Assembly (NCBI GenBank): GCA_965206845.1
Contig: OZ242221.1
Span: 1,120,001 to 1,184,000 of the forward strand
Length of the DNA: 64,000 nt
Reading direction: 5' to 3'
From: Cenarchaeum sp.
Lineage (GTDB): Archaea; Thermoproteota; Nitrososphaeria; Nitrososphaerales; Nitrosopumilaceae
The notes under the pieces were generated by a model. That model did no database searches and had not been told where the DNA came from. It was given only the letters and a program-made list of their open reading frames with translations. Position numbers and translations under genes: made by a program. Position 1 is the stretch's first letter. Every line of letters starts with the position of its first letter. Shown here in pieces: positions 28,902-38,672 of this stretch.

Positions 28902-29752
28902 TGCCAAGGATCGGCATCGTCTTTGACCGGCTGCGGTCAGAGGAGAAGATGCTGCAAAAGGCGGCAGCCGGCATGGGCCACGACACGGTCATGACAGACG
29001 CCAAGATCACACAGTTTGACACCGATGGCCAGGCGCCGGATCTTGGCGACGTGGTTCTGGAGAGGTGCGTGAGCCACTTTCGGGGGCTGTACTTTGCCTC
29101 GTGCCTGGAGTTTCTGGGGGTTCCGTCCGTGAACAGCTCCGCAGTCTCGCATTTATGCGGAAACAAGATGCTCACCACGCTGCAGCTAAAGAGGAGCGGA
29201 GTGCCCACGCCGCGGACCCTCTTTGCGTTCTCCCAGGAGGCGGCAGCCGAGTGCATCGAGCGCGCCGGATACCCCATGGTGATAAAGCCCGTCATCGGCA
29301 GCTGGGGAAGGGGCGTCATGAAGGTGGCAGACCGGGATACCATGGATGCCGTAATCGAGGTCAGGGCGCTCTCAGACACCCCCCACGACAGGATCTACTA
29401 CCTACAAGAGGTGGTAAAGAGGCCGCCCCGGGACATCCGGGTCGTTACCGTCGGGGAGAGGCCGGTTGCCGCCATGTACAGGAGATCCTCCGGCGGGTTC
29501 AAGACGAACGTGGCCGCCGGAGCGGATCCCGAGCCCTGCGAGATTACGGGCGAGCTGGAAGATGTTGCGGCCGCCGCGTCCCGCGCCGTCGGCGGCGGGA
29601 TCCTGGGCGTGGATCTGATGGAGGACGAGGCAAGGGGGCTTGTGGTCCACGAGGTGAACAGCACGGTGGAGTTCCGCGGCCTTGCCACCGTCGCCCGGCG
29701 TGACATTCCCCGGGAGATGGTGGAGTTTGCCGTCGGCATGGCGCAAAGGTAG
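28901..29752 (+). CDS. lysX: LysX/ArgX ATP-grasp ligase
   Basis: ERCVSHFRG, KPVIGSWGR, RDIRV, HEVN.TVEF; directly after lysW. Confidence 0.92.
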   Translation: MPRIGIVFDRLRSEEKMLQKAAAGMGHDTVMTDAKITQFDTDGQAPDLGDVVLERCVSHFRGLYFASCLEFLGVPSVNSSAVSHLCGNKMLTTLQLKRSGVPTPRTLFAFSQEAAAECIERAGYPMVIKPVIGSWGRGVMKVADRDTMDAVIEVRALSDTPHDRIYYLQEVVKRPPRDIRVVTVGERPVAAMYRRSSGGFKTNVAAGADPEPCEITGELEDVAAAASRAVGGGILGVDLMEDEARGLVVHEVNSTVEFRGLATVARRDIPREMVEFAVGMAQR

Positions 29753-29922
29753 CGCTACCGGCAGTCTTTTGTCTCGTGCCTTTGATCCGGAGGTGTATGC
29801 GGTGTACAGCTTGCCAACTCCTGCTGATCTCGAAGGGCTCGATCTGTGGGGCTACGGTTCTATGACCCTGCCGGTACGGGGTGGGGGGTCGCATTCCCAG
29901 GCCTCTTTTTGTCCCTGACGGT

Positions 29923-30070
29923 CTACATCATGTGCCAAAACAGCTTGGTTATGGGGACTTTCTAGCTGCGTAGCAGCCTGATCTTCTTCTACATATCATC
30001 GAATCTACCGAAGACGATACCTGCGATTGCCCCTTTGAGCCTCCTTCGCTGCATCCGGATGTGTTATGCT
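29923..30070 (-). mobile_element. Degenerate IS630-family transposase C-terminal remnant
   Basis: Minus frame reads MQRRRLKGAIAGIVFGRFDDM*KKIRLLRS*KVPITKLF with two stops, resembling the segment after the IS630 LNPIE..W motif. Confidence 0.4.
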
Positions 30071-30198
30071 GCGGATCTTTAGCTCTATTACTGCACAGAG
30101 CATTGATCCGTGCCCCGTATCTGCCCGTCCCAAACTTGCGAACGAACTCAAATACACATCAAGAATGTGTGTCAGTACCGGACAGTCGGCAGAGCTTG

Positions 30199-30510
30199 CT
30201 AAACGCACTCTATGCTTTGAGGACTGCACCGCTCAAAGTCAAACCAGTGGGGAAGATCCTCGATATCGTCTAGCGCCAAGATTAAGCCAAATGCAACTAC
30301 GTCTGATCTTTTAAGCGCCACACCCAGAACTACCAGCACTGCCCCAAGTAACCCATGATGCATCCTGCGGCCGCCTGGGTAGACCTTGGGAGGATTCTGC
30401 ATAGACCTCCACAACAACACGGCAGAGAGCGCAAACGAAGCCGCGACTGCAGCTCTTTCGTATTCGCCCATCCTAGACTTTTTGCGCCTAGGGATCCTTA
30501 TTCTGCTCAT
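30199..30510 (-). CDS. Small membrane protein (HHGLLG...LDDIEDLPHWF)
   Basis: Hydrophobic segments with a His pair and an acidic motif; AT-richer than the flanks. Confidence 0.55.
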   Translation of the reverse strand: MSRIRIPRRKKSRMGEYERAAVAASFALSAVLLWRSMQNPPKVYPGGRRMHHGLLGAVLVVLGVALKRSDVVAFGLILALDDIEDLPHWFDFERCSPQSIECV

Positions 30511-30823
30511 GACAGATCTACACGGCGCAGTCTATTAACGATTGCGCGTACTCTGCTCTATGCCTCCTGTGGGCGGTTGCGGGATCCCGTCATGGAATCT
30601 GAGGCATGGCATCTGCTCTCAGAACTTGTATCTGTCATGGATCACTGAAGATGCGCGGTTCTGCCTACCGTCTTTTGATGTGTGCCGGCTCGGGTGGCCC
30701 TTGTGCCGGGATATCCTTGCCGTGCGCGGAAAGCCGCCGCCGGCATCGGGGCGGGCTGCCGGCCAGGCCAATGAACAAGTTGTTCATTCCGGTTAAATGC
30801 TACTTTTTTGAGTATGGCGCAGC

Positions 30824-33800
30824 ATGCAGGATACAGCCAGGCGCAAAGCAGCCAGCCTTGCGCTCATGACAATAATGCTTGCAGGCGGGATGACCATCGC
30901 AATGCCCGGCGAACCGCCGCAGGCAGCGGCGCAGACAGGGACCCTTAGCGTCTCGGCTACGGGAGCGTTTGGCGGACCGCAGATACTTGAGATTGTGGTG
31001 GACGACCCCTCAAGGGACGGGCTTGACTCTGGCACCCCGCTGCCCGACGTCCGCATAGACGACAACAAGGTGGTCATGGCCCAGTCAGACACCGGAAAGT
31101 GGTATGCCTACGTGGCATCTGACGAGCTTACCTCAGAAGTCGGCGTCATGCTGGGCCTGTTCATCTATATCGCCGCAGACGAGGCCGCGCCCACAGGGTA
31201 TGGCGACTCCGGCGCGGAGTCCTTCTTTGTCGGCGCCGGGCAGTTCCTGAGCGCCAAGGCGCTCGGCGGTAACAACGGCGGACAGATCGGCGTCCTTGAT
31301 AACGACTGGCCCGTCATCCAGGTGTACGAGTTCAAGGACGACTCGCCGGTCGACATCACGCACAACGCCGAGACGGTAACCCTGAGGTACAAGGCAGATC
31401 TCAGCGATCTTGCCTCGATACGGGTTGACAGGGTAGACGTGCCGGCAGGCGGCCAGGTGCATGTGGCGATTAGCGACGTCCAGCTGAACCTGAACCCGAC
31501 CAAGGACGACGTGTGGTACATGTGGGCCAACGGCACTACGACGTACGGCGATGCCGACCCGGAAGCCATCGACTGGCAGGACATATTCCGGGGCGACACC
31601 GGGAGGCTTGCCATCAACAACCTTGACCCGATAACCATTGAGTATGATGCAGACGACGGCGCGATGGTAGAGTTTGAGGAGACCGGCCCTAGCACGGGCG
31701 TGTTTGTCAGCTATGACACCAACGAGGAGTCAAGGATCACGGTCAACGGCGACGCCCGCGCCGGCAGTACCTTCACGGTGGACTATGCAGGCAACGACGC
31801 GCAGGTGATAGTCGATGACTTTGACTTTGCCATGGAGCTGGTGAGGGACGGCATAGGCAGCACGTGGGACTCTGGCGAGGATCTCACCGTCAGGCTGTCT
31901 GCCGAGGGCCTGAACCTCAACACACTCAAGGATGACGACATGACGATAGCAGACGACGATCTTCCCGTGCTGATACTGGGAGAGCCCATCACGCTGGCCA
32001 CCGTGGCCTCCGCAGAGGTGACCGGCGACACGGCACTTGGCGGGGCGTGGTTCGTCAACTACGATACACATGTGGCCACGCTAGCGGTAACAGATACCAA
32101 CACCACGGTTGCCATAACGCTGACAGAGGAGCAGCTGGAACGGCTCAAGGACAACGGCGCACAGAGCCACTATGTACACTACTCCAGCACCTTTGCTGCC
32201 ACCACCGATGCCCAACTCGCAGGTTCTGACGGCACCATTGCCATAGCAAACGGCATAACGGCAATAGACGTGGCAGATGGCGCCGACGGCAGGTTCAACG
32301 TGACGTTTACCGCACCCGAGTCGGTGTTTACCATGGACAATATGAATCGGAACGCGGATCTGCGGAGCGCCGTAGCGGATGCCGAGAGAGATATTGCCAT
32401 AGACGGGGCCACCGCCGGTACCGTCAAGATGGCCGCAAGCGGACTGCGGCTTGATGACGCCGTCTCTGTCTCCATTAATGCCATCGACACTGACGTCTTT
32501 GACACCCCCGAATCCGTCCTTGAGGAGATCAGGAGGATCATTGGCGACAACCTCGTTACCGCCGAGGCCACGATCGTGGCGGACATCTTCACCTTTGGGG
32601 CAGACGCAAACCACGCAATCTACAGGGCGCTGCTGGAGGAGACCGGTCCCGGTTCCGCCGTGTTTGAGGGAACGATCGAGTACAAGATGCTCAACCAGAT
32701 CAATGCAGATGACCCCGGGACGCACGCAGACATTGCGGCCGTGGGAGACGAGCTGGTCGTCATACTGGACGGGGACTATACCGGCACCGGCGCACCGACG
32801 GTAGCATACGGCGGCGACCACGTGAGGGAGGACGCGCCGACGCACACAGGCGAGGTCAGCTTTGATGCCGGCGCCTACACGGTGGCAGACGAGGTGACCG
32901 TGACCCTGGTGGATCCCGACCTGAACGTAGAGTCCGACGGGATCGACATATACAGGGTTGATGCCGCAAGCGAGGATGCCGCAGACACCCTGCTGCACAT
33001 TGAGATGGCCGACGGCTGCACGCCGGGCGACCTTGCGGCGTTCTCGCTGCGCGAGTCTGCCGACGGCAGCTTTGTGGGGACGTTTGACGTTCCAAGGGTG
33101 TGCGGCGGCGCTACGACGACAGGCAAGGGCCTCTCGGTCACCTACTATGACTTTAGGGACGGATACGGCGGAATGGCCGAATGGAGGGACTCGGTCACGG
33201 TGCGCGCAGATACCGGCTCTGTCAGCCTTGACAGGGCGGTCTATCCGGTGCCTGCCGGTGACTCTAGGGTTGTCGTGCATGTGTCGGTTCGAGACGCAGA
33301 TTTTGACGAGTCGTCCTCCAGCGTGGAGAGCATCAGGCTTGCCAGCGATGAGCCGCCGGTAATTGTGAGGATAGGGACGCAGACGGTCGCCGAGCTCGGC
33401 ACCGTGGACAACCCGCTCTCAGAGATCTCTGGCGACTCTGGCGTCTTTGAGGCCTCCGTGGAGATCGGGGGCGACGACGCCATAGGGCAGGGAAGCGTCA
33501 TTACGGTATCGTACACGGATCCGACGGGCGCCTCGGGCAGCGAGAACACGGTGACCGACTCTGCCGTGTTTGACCTGAGAAGCGCCACACTGCAATCAGA
33601 CAAGTCAAGCTACGTGATAGGCCAGGATGCGCTCCTGACGCTGATAGAGCCGGATCTCAACCTTGACTCTGCCGACCGGGAGTCCGTTCCCCTGGATCTA
33701 ATCGGCTGGGACTCTGAGGCGGGCAAGGCGGACCTTGGCGATGCGGCGTTTGGGGCGGTGCCGCAGGCGCTCAGGGAGACCGGCCCTGACACCGGGGTCT

Positions 33801-35050
33801 TCCAGGTCGTCATCACCACTCCAAAGGCGATCAACGGCAACGCCTTGGAGCGCGGCGAGCCAATCACACTCACATATGTGGACAAGGGGCCGTCGGGCGC
33901 CGATACCGTGGGCGACGGCGAGAGGGACATCAAGCTCTTCATTGCGACCTCGGATCTCGGCGCGGCCATAGAGCTTGACCGGGACGCCTACACGTGGACC
34001 GACAAGGTCTTCGTCACCATCGTGGCGCCGGACTACAACTTTGACTCTGATGTGATCGACGAGATCGGCGGCAAGGGCGACGGCGAGGTCACCGTCAGGA
34101 CAAGGGCCGCCAAGATCGACGGGTACCGGCTTGCCGAGACGGGCCCCGACACGGGCGTATTTGCCGGCGAGGTGACGCTCACCGGCTTCACATACGGCAA
34201 GATACACACCAGCATCGAGACCGGCGGCAGCGGGCCGACCGACGGCACCCTAAGAACGAACAACGAGGACGGGCTCAGTGTCTCATTCGAGTACTCCGAT
34301 TCAGAAGCCCCGCTTGTGGCCTCTGCTACCATCCGATGGAACGTCGGCGAGGTGCAGTGGCTTGAGGCAGATTATGCGGCGACCGGCTCCGGCGTGGTGA
34401 GGGTGACCGATCCCGACATGAACACCAATCCGGACGCGGTCGACGATATCGGTATCGTCGTCTACTCTGATACGTCCCTGGGGGGCGTCGATCTCACGGC
34501 GACTGAGACGCAGGAGTCGTCCGGCGTCTTTGAGGGGGTGGTGGAGTTTGACCCCCATGCCGCCTCGCAGGGGCACAGGCTTCAGGTTTCGGAGGGCGAC
34601 ATAGTCACCGCCGCGTACGACGATGAGACGCTTCCAAAGCCCGACGGCAGGGGCGACAGCCTCGCGGTTACGGCGACTGCACTGATCGGATCCGCCGTGC
34701 CACCGCTGGAGAGGGTGTCGGCCTCAAACCTGGCCATGGTGGATGCCTCGGGCAGCATGATGCCCTCGGTGTCGGCCGGCCAGCAGATCCAGATCACCGC
34801 CGACCTGACAAGCGGCCAGGACACAGACCAGTACACCACATACCTGGTTCTGGTGGAGGACGGGGACGGCGTACCGGTGCACATATCGTGGATCTCCGGC
34901 TCCCTTGGGGCGGGCAAGACGTTCAGCCCGTCGCAGTCATGGACGCCGGATGCGGCCGGCAGCTACGTGGTTACCGTATTCGTGTGGGAGTCAGTCACCA
35001 ACCCGACCGCACTGTCCCCACAACTCTCAATAACAATCGACGTAGCATAA
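30824..35050 (+). CDS. SlaA-like S-layer glycoprotein
   Basis: Signal SLALMTIMLAGGMT, MAQSDTGKWYAY, repeated L.ETG..TG.F.G Ig-like units, C-terminal VFVWESVTNPTALSP, all typical of Nitrosopumilaceae S-layer proteins. Confidence 0.88.
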   Translation: MQDTARRKAASLALMTIMLAGGMTIAMPGEPPQAAAQTGTLSVSATGAFGGPQILEIVVDDPSRDGLDSGTPLPDVRIDDNKVVMAQSDTGKWYAYVASDELTSEVGVMLGLFIYIAADEAAPTGYGDSGAESFFVGAGQFLSAKALGGNNGGQIGVLDNDWPVIQVYEFKDDSPVDITHNAETVTLRYKADLSDLASIRVDRVDVPAGGQVHVAISDVQLNLNPTKDDVWYMWANGTTTYGDADPEAIDWQDIFRGDTGRLAINNLDPITIEYDADDGAMVEFEETGPSTGVFVSYDTNEESRITVNGDARAGSTFTVDYAGNDAQVIVDDFDFAMELVRDGIGSTWDSGEDLTVRLSAEGLNLNTLKDDDMTIADDDLPVLILGEPITLATVASAEVTGDTALGGAWFVNYDTHVATLAVTDTNTTVAITLTEEQLERLKDNGAQSHYVHYSSTFAATTDAQLAGSDGTIAIANGITAIDVADGADGRFNVTFTAPESVFTMDNMNRNADLRSAVADAERDIAIDGATAGTVKMAASGLRLDDAVSVSINAIDTDVFDTPESVLEEIRRIIGDNLVTAEATIVADIFTFGADANHAIYRALLEETGPGSAVFEGTIEYKMLNQINADDPGTHADIAAVGDELVVILDGDYTGTGAPTVAYGGDHVREDAPTHTGEVSFDAGAYTVADEVTVTLVDPDLNVESDGIDIYRVDAASEDAADTLLHIEMADGCTPGDLAAFSLRESADGSFVGTFDVPRVCGGATTTGKGLSVTYYDFRDGYGGMAEWRDSVTVRADTGSVSLDRAVYPVPAGDSRVVVHVSVRDADFDESSSSVESIRLASDEPPVIVRIGTQTVAELGTVDNPLSEISGDSGVFEASVEIGGDDAIGQGSVITVSYTDPTGASGSENTVTDSAVFDLRSATLQSDKSSYVIGQDALLTLIEPDLNLDSADRESVPLDLIGWDSEAGKADLGDAAFGAVPQALRETGPDTGVFQVVITTPKAINGNALERGEPITLTYVDKGPSGADTVGDGERDIKLFIATSDLGAAIELDRDAYTWTDKVFVTIVAPDYNFDSDVIDEIGGKGDGEVTVRTRAAKIDGYRLAETGPDTGVFAGEVTLTGFTYGKIHTSIETGGSGPTDGTLRTNNEDGLSVSFEYSDSEAPLVASATIRWNVGEVQWLEADYAATGSGVVRVTDPDMNTNPDAVDDIGIVVYSDTSLGGVDLTATETQESSGVFEGVVEFDPHAASQGHRLQVSEGDIVTAAYDDETLPKPDGRGDSLAVTATALIGSAVPPLERVSASNLAMVDASGSMMPSVSAGQQIQITADLTSGQDTDQYTTYLVLVEDGDGVPVHISWISGSLGAGKTFSPSQSWTPDAAGSYVVTVFVWESVTNPTALSPQLSITIDVA

Positions 35051-35061
35051 TGCTAGAAAAA

Positions 35062-35084
35062 TTTCTTTTTTCTTTTTTTATTTT
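35062..35084 (+). terminator. Oligo-T terminator of the S-layer gene
   Basis: TTTCTTTTTTCTTTTTTTATTTT starting 12 bp after the stop. Confidence 0.65.
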
Positions 35085-35220
35085 GGGCAACTAGGCTAAC
35101 CTGCGCACGGCTTTAGTGTCCGGCGTGCCGTATATCCTCGGATCCAAACCCGTGACTCCTAGATATCTAGATCAAGCCAGCCAAACCACACATATATCTC
35201 CCGGCAGCCACAAGCAACCG

Positions 35221-36033
35221 ATGCAAAGCGACAGTGCCCGGAGCAAAAAACTCGTCATAGCCGCATGGAAGACCTACCTGACCCTGACAGAGTCAAAAAA
35301 CCTTGCAAGGGAGATCAGGGACTGGGTCGCAAAGAACCCCACAAGCTGCGAGATCGTGTTGGCCCCCTCGTTCCCGCACATAGTCCCGGTAAGGCACACC
35401 ATTGGCACCGCCGTAGGCATAAGCGCGCAGAACGTGGATCTGGCAGGCCGCGGGGCCTATACGGGGCACACCCCACCGCAGATGCTCTCTGATGCCGGGT
35501 GCAACTATGTGCTTCTCGGGCACTCTGAGCTGAGAAAGTACAAAAAAGAGACGGACCTGCTCCTAAAAAAGAAGGCAGAGGTGGTGCTGGCAGAGTCAGA
35601 CATGGGTGTGGTGCTCTGCATAGGCGAGAGCTACAGGCAGAAGACCGGAGGCAGGACGCTGGACACGCTGGAGTCACAGCTGAGAACAGGTCTGGGAGGC
35701 ATTCCCGGAGTCGATGTGGATGGCAGACTGGATATTGCCTACGAGCCGGTGTGGGCCATAAGCTCCGAGAATCCGCAAAGCCCGCCGGAGCCACAGGATG
35801 TCGATGCGATCCACGGGAGGATCAAAAGCGTCCTAGTGCAGCTCTTCGGTGAGCAGATCGCCAAAAAAATCAGAGTCCTCTACGGGGGCAGCGTAAGTCC
35901 CTCCAACGTGGGCAGCTATGTCAGGCAGCCCAACATCGACGGCGTCCTAGTGGGCAGCGCCAGCACAAAGTTTCCGGGAGTCATAGACCTGCTAAAGGCG
36001 GTAGAAGACTCGATCAGATCAGAATCCCCATAA
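35221..36033 (+). CDS. tpiA: Triosephosphate isomerase, bacterial-type
   Basis: AWK, GAYTG, LGHSE, CIGE, AYEPVWAI, VLYGGSV, DGVLVGSAS. Confidence 0.85.
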   Translation: MQSDSARSKKLVIAAWKTYLTLTESKNLAREIRDWVAKNPTSCEIVLAPSFPHIVPVRHTIGTAVGISAQNVDLAGRGAYTGHTPPQMLSDAGCNYVLLGHSELRKYKKETDLLLKKKAEVVLAESDMGVVLCIGESYRQKTGGRTLDTLESQLRTGLGGIPGVDVDGRLDIAYEPVWAISSENPQSPPEPQDVDAIHGRIKSVLVQLFGEQIAKKIRVLYGGSVSPSNVGSYVRQPNIDGVLVGSASTKFPGVIDLLKAVEDSIRSESP

Positions 36034-36304
36034 GTCCGCAACGGCAGATGTCCTACATGCTACAGCCGCCGGTATGGCGGCGGCACCTTGAACGCAATAC
36101 TAGGCAGTCAGGTCAGAGCCCAAACCAAAACATAGCGCAAAAAGAAGCGGCACCCCGTCCCGCATCCTCCTGATGCGCCGGGCCCCCACATGCACCATCC
36201 CCGCATACGGGGCCGCAAGACGCGAATTGGCTGTTCCGTGCGGCCCCCAGCGAAGCCCATTCCACAGGCAACCCTAAATTATGCCATGTGTGGTATACCT
36301 CCCA

Positions 36305-36925
36305 GTGAGGCTGCTCAAGCGGGGTGCCGAGGGGGATCTCTTTGAATCCACATGGAACCAAAAGAGATGCGTCATCAAGGAGCGCAGGCCAAAGGCCTAC
36401 AGGAATCCCCAGCTCGACTACAGGATACGGAGGGGCAGGACGATCCGCGAGTCTGCGATCATACGCCAGGTCAAGGAGCTGGGCATCCGGGCGCCCTTGG
36501 TCTACTTTGCGGATGCCGCCAGATGCCGGCTATACCTGCAGTATATGGACGGCCCTACCGTGCAGAGCCTGCCGGCGCGGCAGCTGGCAGCCGCCTGCAG
36601 GGGCATAGGGAACATCACTGCCACGATGCACTGCAACTCGATAATGCACGGTGACCTGACCACGTCCAACTTTATCCTGCAGCACGACAGGATATGCGCC
36701 ATAGACTTTGGGCTGTCGCAGCGGACAGCCAAGCCGGAGGATCACGCAATCGATCTCCGCCTCTTCAAGGAGATACTGGGAAGCGCCCACACGGAGTCGA
36801 TGGAACATGCATGGGGCAGCTTCCTGGAGGGGTACGGGGGCGCAGTGGGGCAGGCCAGGTTCGAGAGAATCACAAGGCTCGTCTCGGTGATCGAGTCAAG
36901 GGGGAGGTATGCCAGCGTCGTCTAG
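36305..36925 (+). CDS. bud32: KEOPS kinase Bud32
   Basis: RGAEG, K.R.PKAYRNPQLD, HGDLTTSN, IDFGL, RGRY C-terminus. Confidence 0.93.
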   Translation: MRLLKRGAEGDLFESTWNQKRCVIKERRPKAYRNPQLDYRIRRGRTIRESAIIRQVKELGIRAPLVYFADAARCRLYLQYMDGPTVQSLPARQLAAACRGIGNITATMHCNSIMHGDLTTSNFILQHDRICAIDFGLSQRTAKPEDHAIDLRLFKEILGSAHTESMEHAWGSFLEGYGGAVGQARFERITRLVSVIESRGRYASVV

Positions 36926-37475
36926 CGTGCTCTTTGCATCCTCCAACGGGCACAAGTTCGCCGAGGCAAGGGAGATACTGGCGGGGTTTGGGATAGACGC
37001 AGTCCACTTTCCATGCGACATAGATGAGGTGCAGTCAGATGACATCGAGACGATCGCGGGAAAAAAATCCGTTGCCGCCTTTGGGATGTGCCAGAGGCCC
37101 GTCATCGTAGAGGACGCGGCGCTGCACGTAGAGGCGCTGGGCGGGTTTCCGGGACCCTACTCGTCATATATCTTTGGCACCCTGGGAAACGGCGGCATAC
37201 TAAAGCTGGTGGGCCAGAACCGGAAGGCCACATTCACCTCGGTCGTATCATACTGCGACCGCACGCTAAAGCCCAGGAAGTTTCGCGCACAGGTGCCAGG
37301 GACCATATCCCGAGAGATACGCGGCCAGGGCTGGGGATACGATCCCATCTTCATTCCAGACGGGAGGACAGAGACGTACGCCCAGATCCCGGACAAGAAC
37401 CAAGTCTCCCACAGGTATGCGGCGCTGCAAAGCTTCGCTACGTGGTCAGGTACGCGGGAATCCAGCGATCGGTGA
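36909..37475 (+). CDS. rdgB: Non-canonical purine NTP pyrophosphatase (RdgB/HAM1)
   Basis: SSNGHK..E, VED..L...ALGGFPGPYS, GWGYDPIF, SHR. Confidence 0.93.
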   Translation: MPASSSVLFASSNGHKFAEAREILAGFGIDAVHFPCDIDEVQSDDIETIAGKKSVAAFGMCQRPVIVEDAALHVEALGGFPGPYSSYIFGTLGNGGILKLVGQNRKATFTSVVSYCDRTLKPRKFRAQVPGTISREIRGQGWGYDPIFIPDGRTETYAQIPDKNQVSHRYAALQSFATWSGTRESSDR

Positions 37476-38456
37476 ACCTGCGCCGGTTCTGCAGCACGAC
37501 AATCCTGGAGATGTAGCTCTCATCCATCACCGAGAACTCGCCGCGTGCGGATACCGTATCCGCAAAGGCGCGGACCTCCTCCATCTCCAGCATGCTCTCC
37601 CTCTCCAGCCTGTTGGTGGACCTGCCTATGTGCATGTATGACTTGATCTCGACAAAGTGGGGGGATGCGGAGTCAAACATGGCCGCAAAGGCGCGCGCGA
37701 GCCGCCGCCCGTGTTGTACCCGCGAATCAGGGTGACCCGCATGACCGTCCTGGTCTCCAGCCTCCCCAGCATCTTCAGGGTCCTGCTCCACCTATTCCAG
37801 GCGTCGTCGTACCGGGGCTGGTTTATCCTCATGAATGAGTCATAGTCTGCCGCATTGGCCGACAGGTACAGCTGCGTGGGCAGCGCGTCCTCGTCTGCCA
37901 GTCTCTGGATCATCTCCGGCTCCTGGCCGTTGGTTACCAGGAATACGGACTTTGTGGACTCCAGCGACTTGAGGTATCTGATGAGCTGCGGCAGCTTTGG
38001 GTACATCGTGGGCTCGCCGGAGAGCGATATCGCGTAGTGGCTTGGAAGCTGCGACTCGTCCAGCTTCTGCCGGTCGCACCTCTCGTCGCCGTAGTGGCCC
38101 ATTATCAGCCTTCTCCGCTCCTCCATTAGCGATGCGAGGATCTCCTGCGGCTCGGCCACCCGCTGCGGTTCCATCTTCATGGACTCGTAGAACTCCATGG
38201 GCCGCCAGCAGTACACGCAGCGGTTCTGGCAGTGCATTCCCGCAGGGGAGAACTCCATGCACCGGTGGGTCGAGATCCCGTAGAACCGGTTCTTGTAGCA
38301 GCTGCCCTCCCCCCGGAAGGACTTTTTTGTCCAGTGGCACAGCTCGACTGTGGAGTGATCCGAGACCCCGTACTTTGCCTTCTTCAGCTGCATCATGACA
38401 CCCGGCTTGATCCGGATCAGCCCGTCCTCGTCCACGGTCTCGCCGGAGCAGCTCAT
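37438..38456 (-). CDS. taw1: 4-demethylwyosine synthase Taw1/TYW1 (radical SAM), single frameshift near 37709
   Basis: CYK..FYGI..HRC, CQNRCVYCWR, SLSGEPT, VTNG in 37626-38456; the C-terminus EIKSYMHIGRS...SRIV is in the adjacent frame. Confidence 0.88.
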
Positions 38457-38672
38457 ACCAGCAAGCCGCGAAATTTGTTTAAAAACCGTTCGCAGCCTCC
38501 CCGGCGCAAGATCCCCACACTCCCCACCCGGCCTGCCGCGCAGGGCCCGGCCACTTCGGATCTACCCTGATTGGCACCAGACAAACCACCAGTAACAGGC
38601 CTGATCGGGTGCCTGTAGCTCGGCGGTGTAATTACAGTGGGGTTTAATAACAGGATCCATAACGTATGACTG

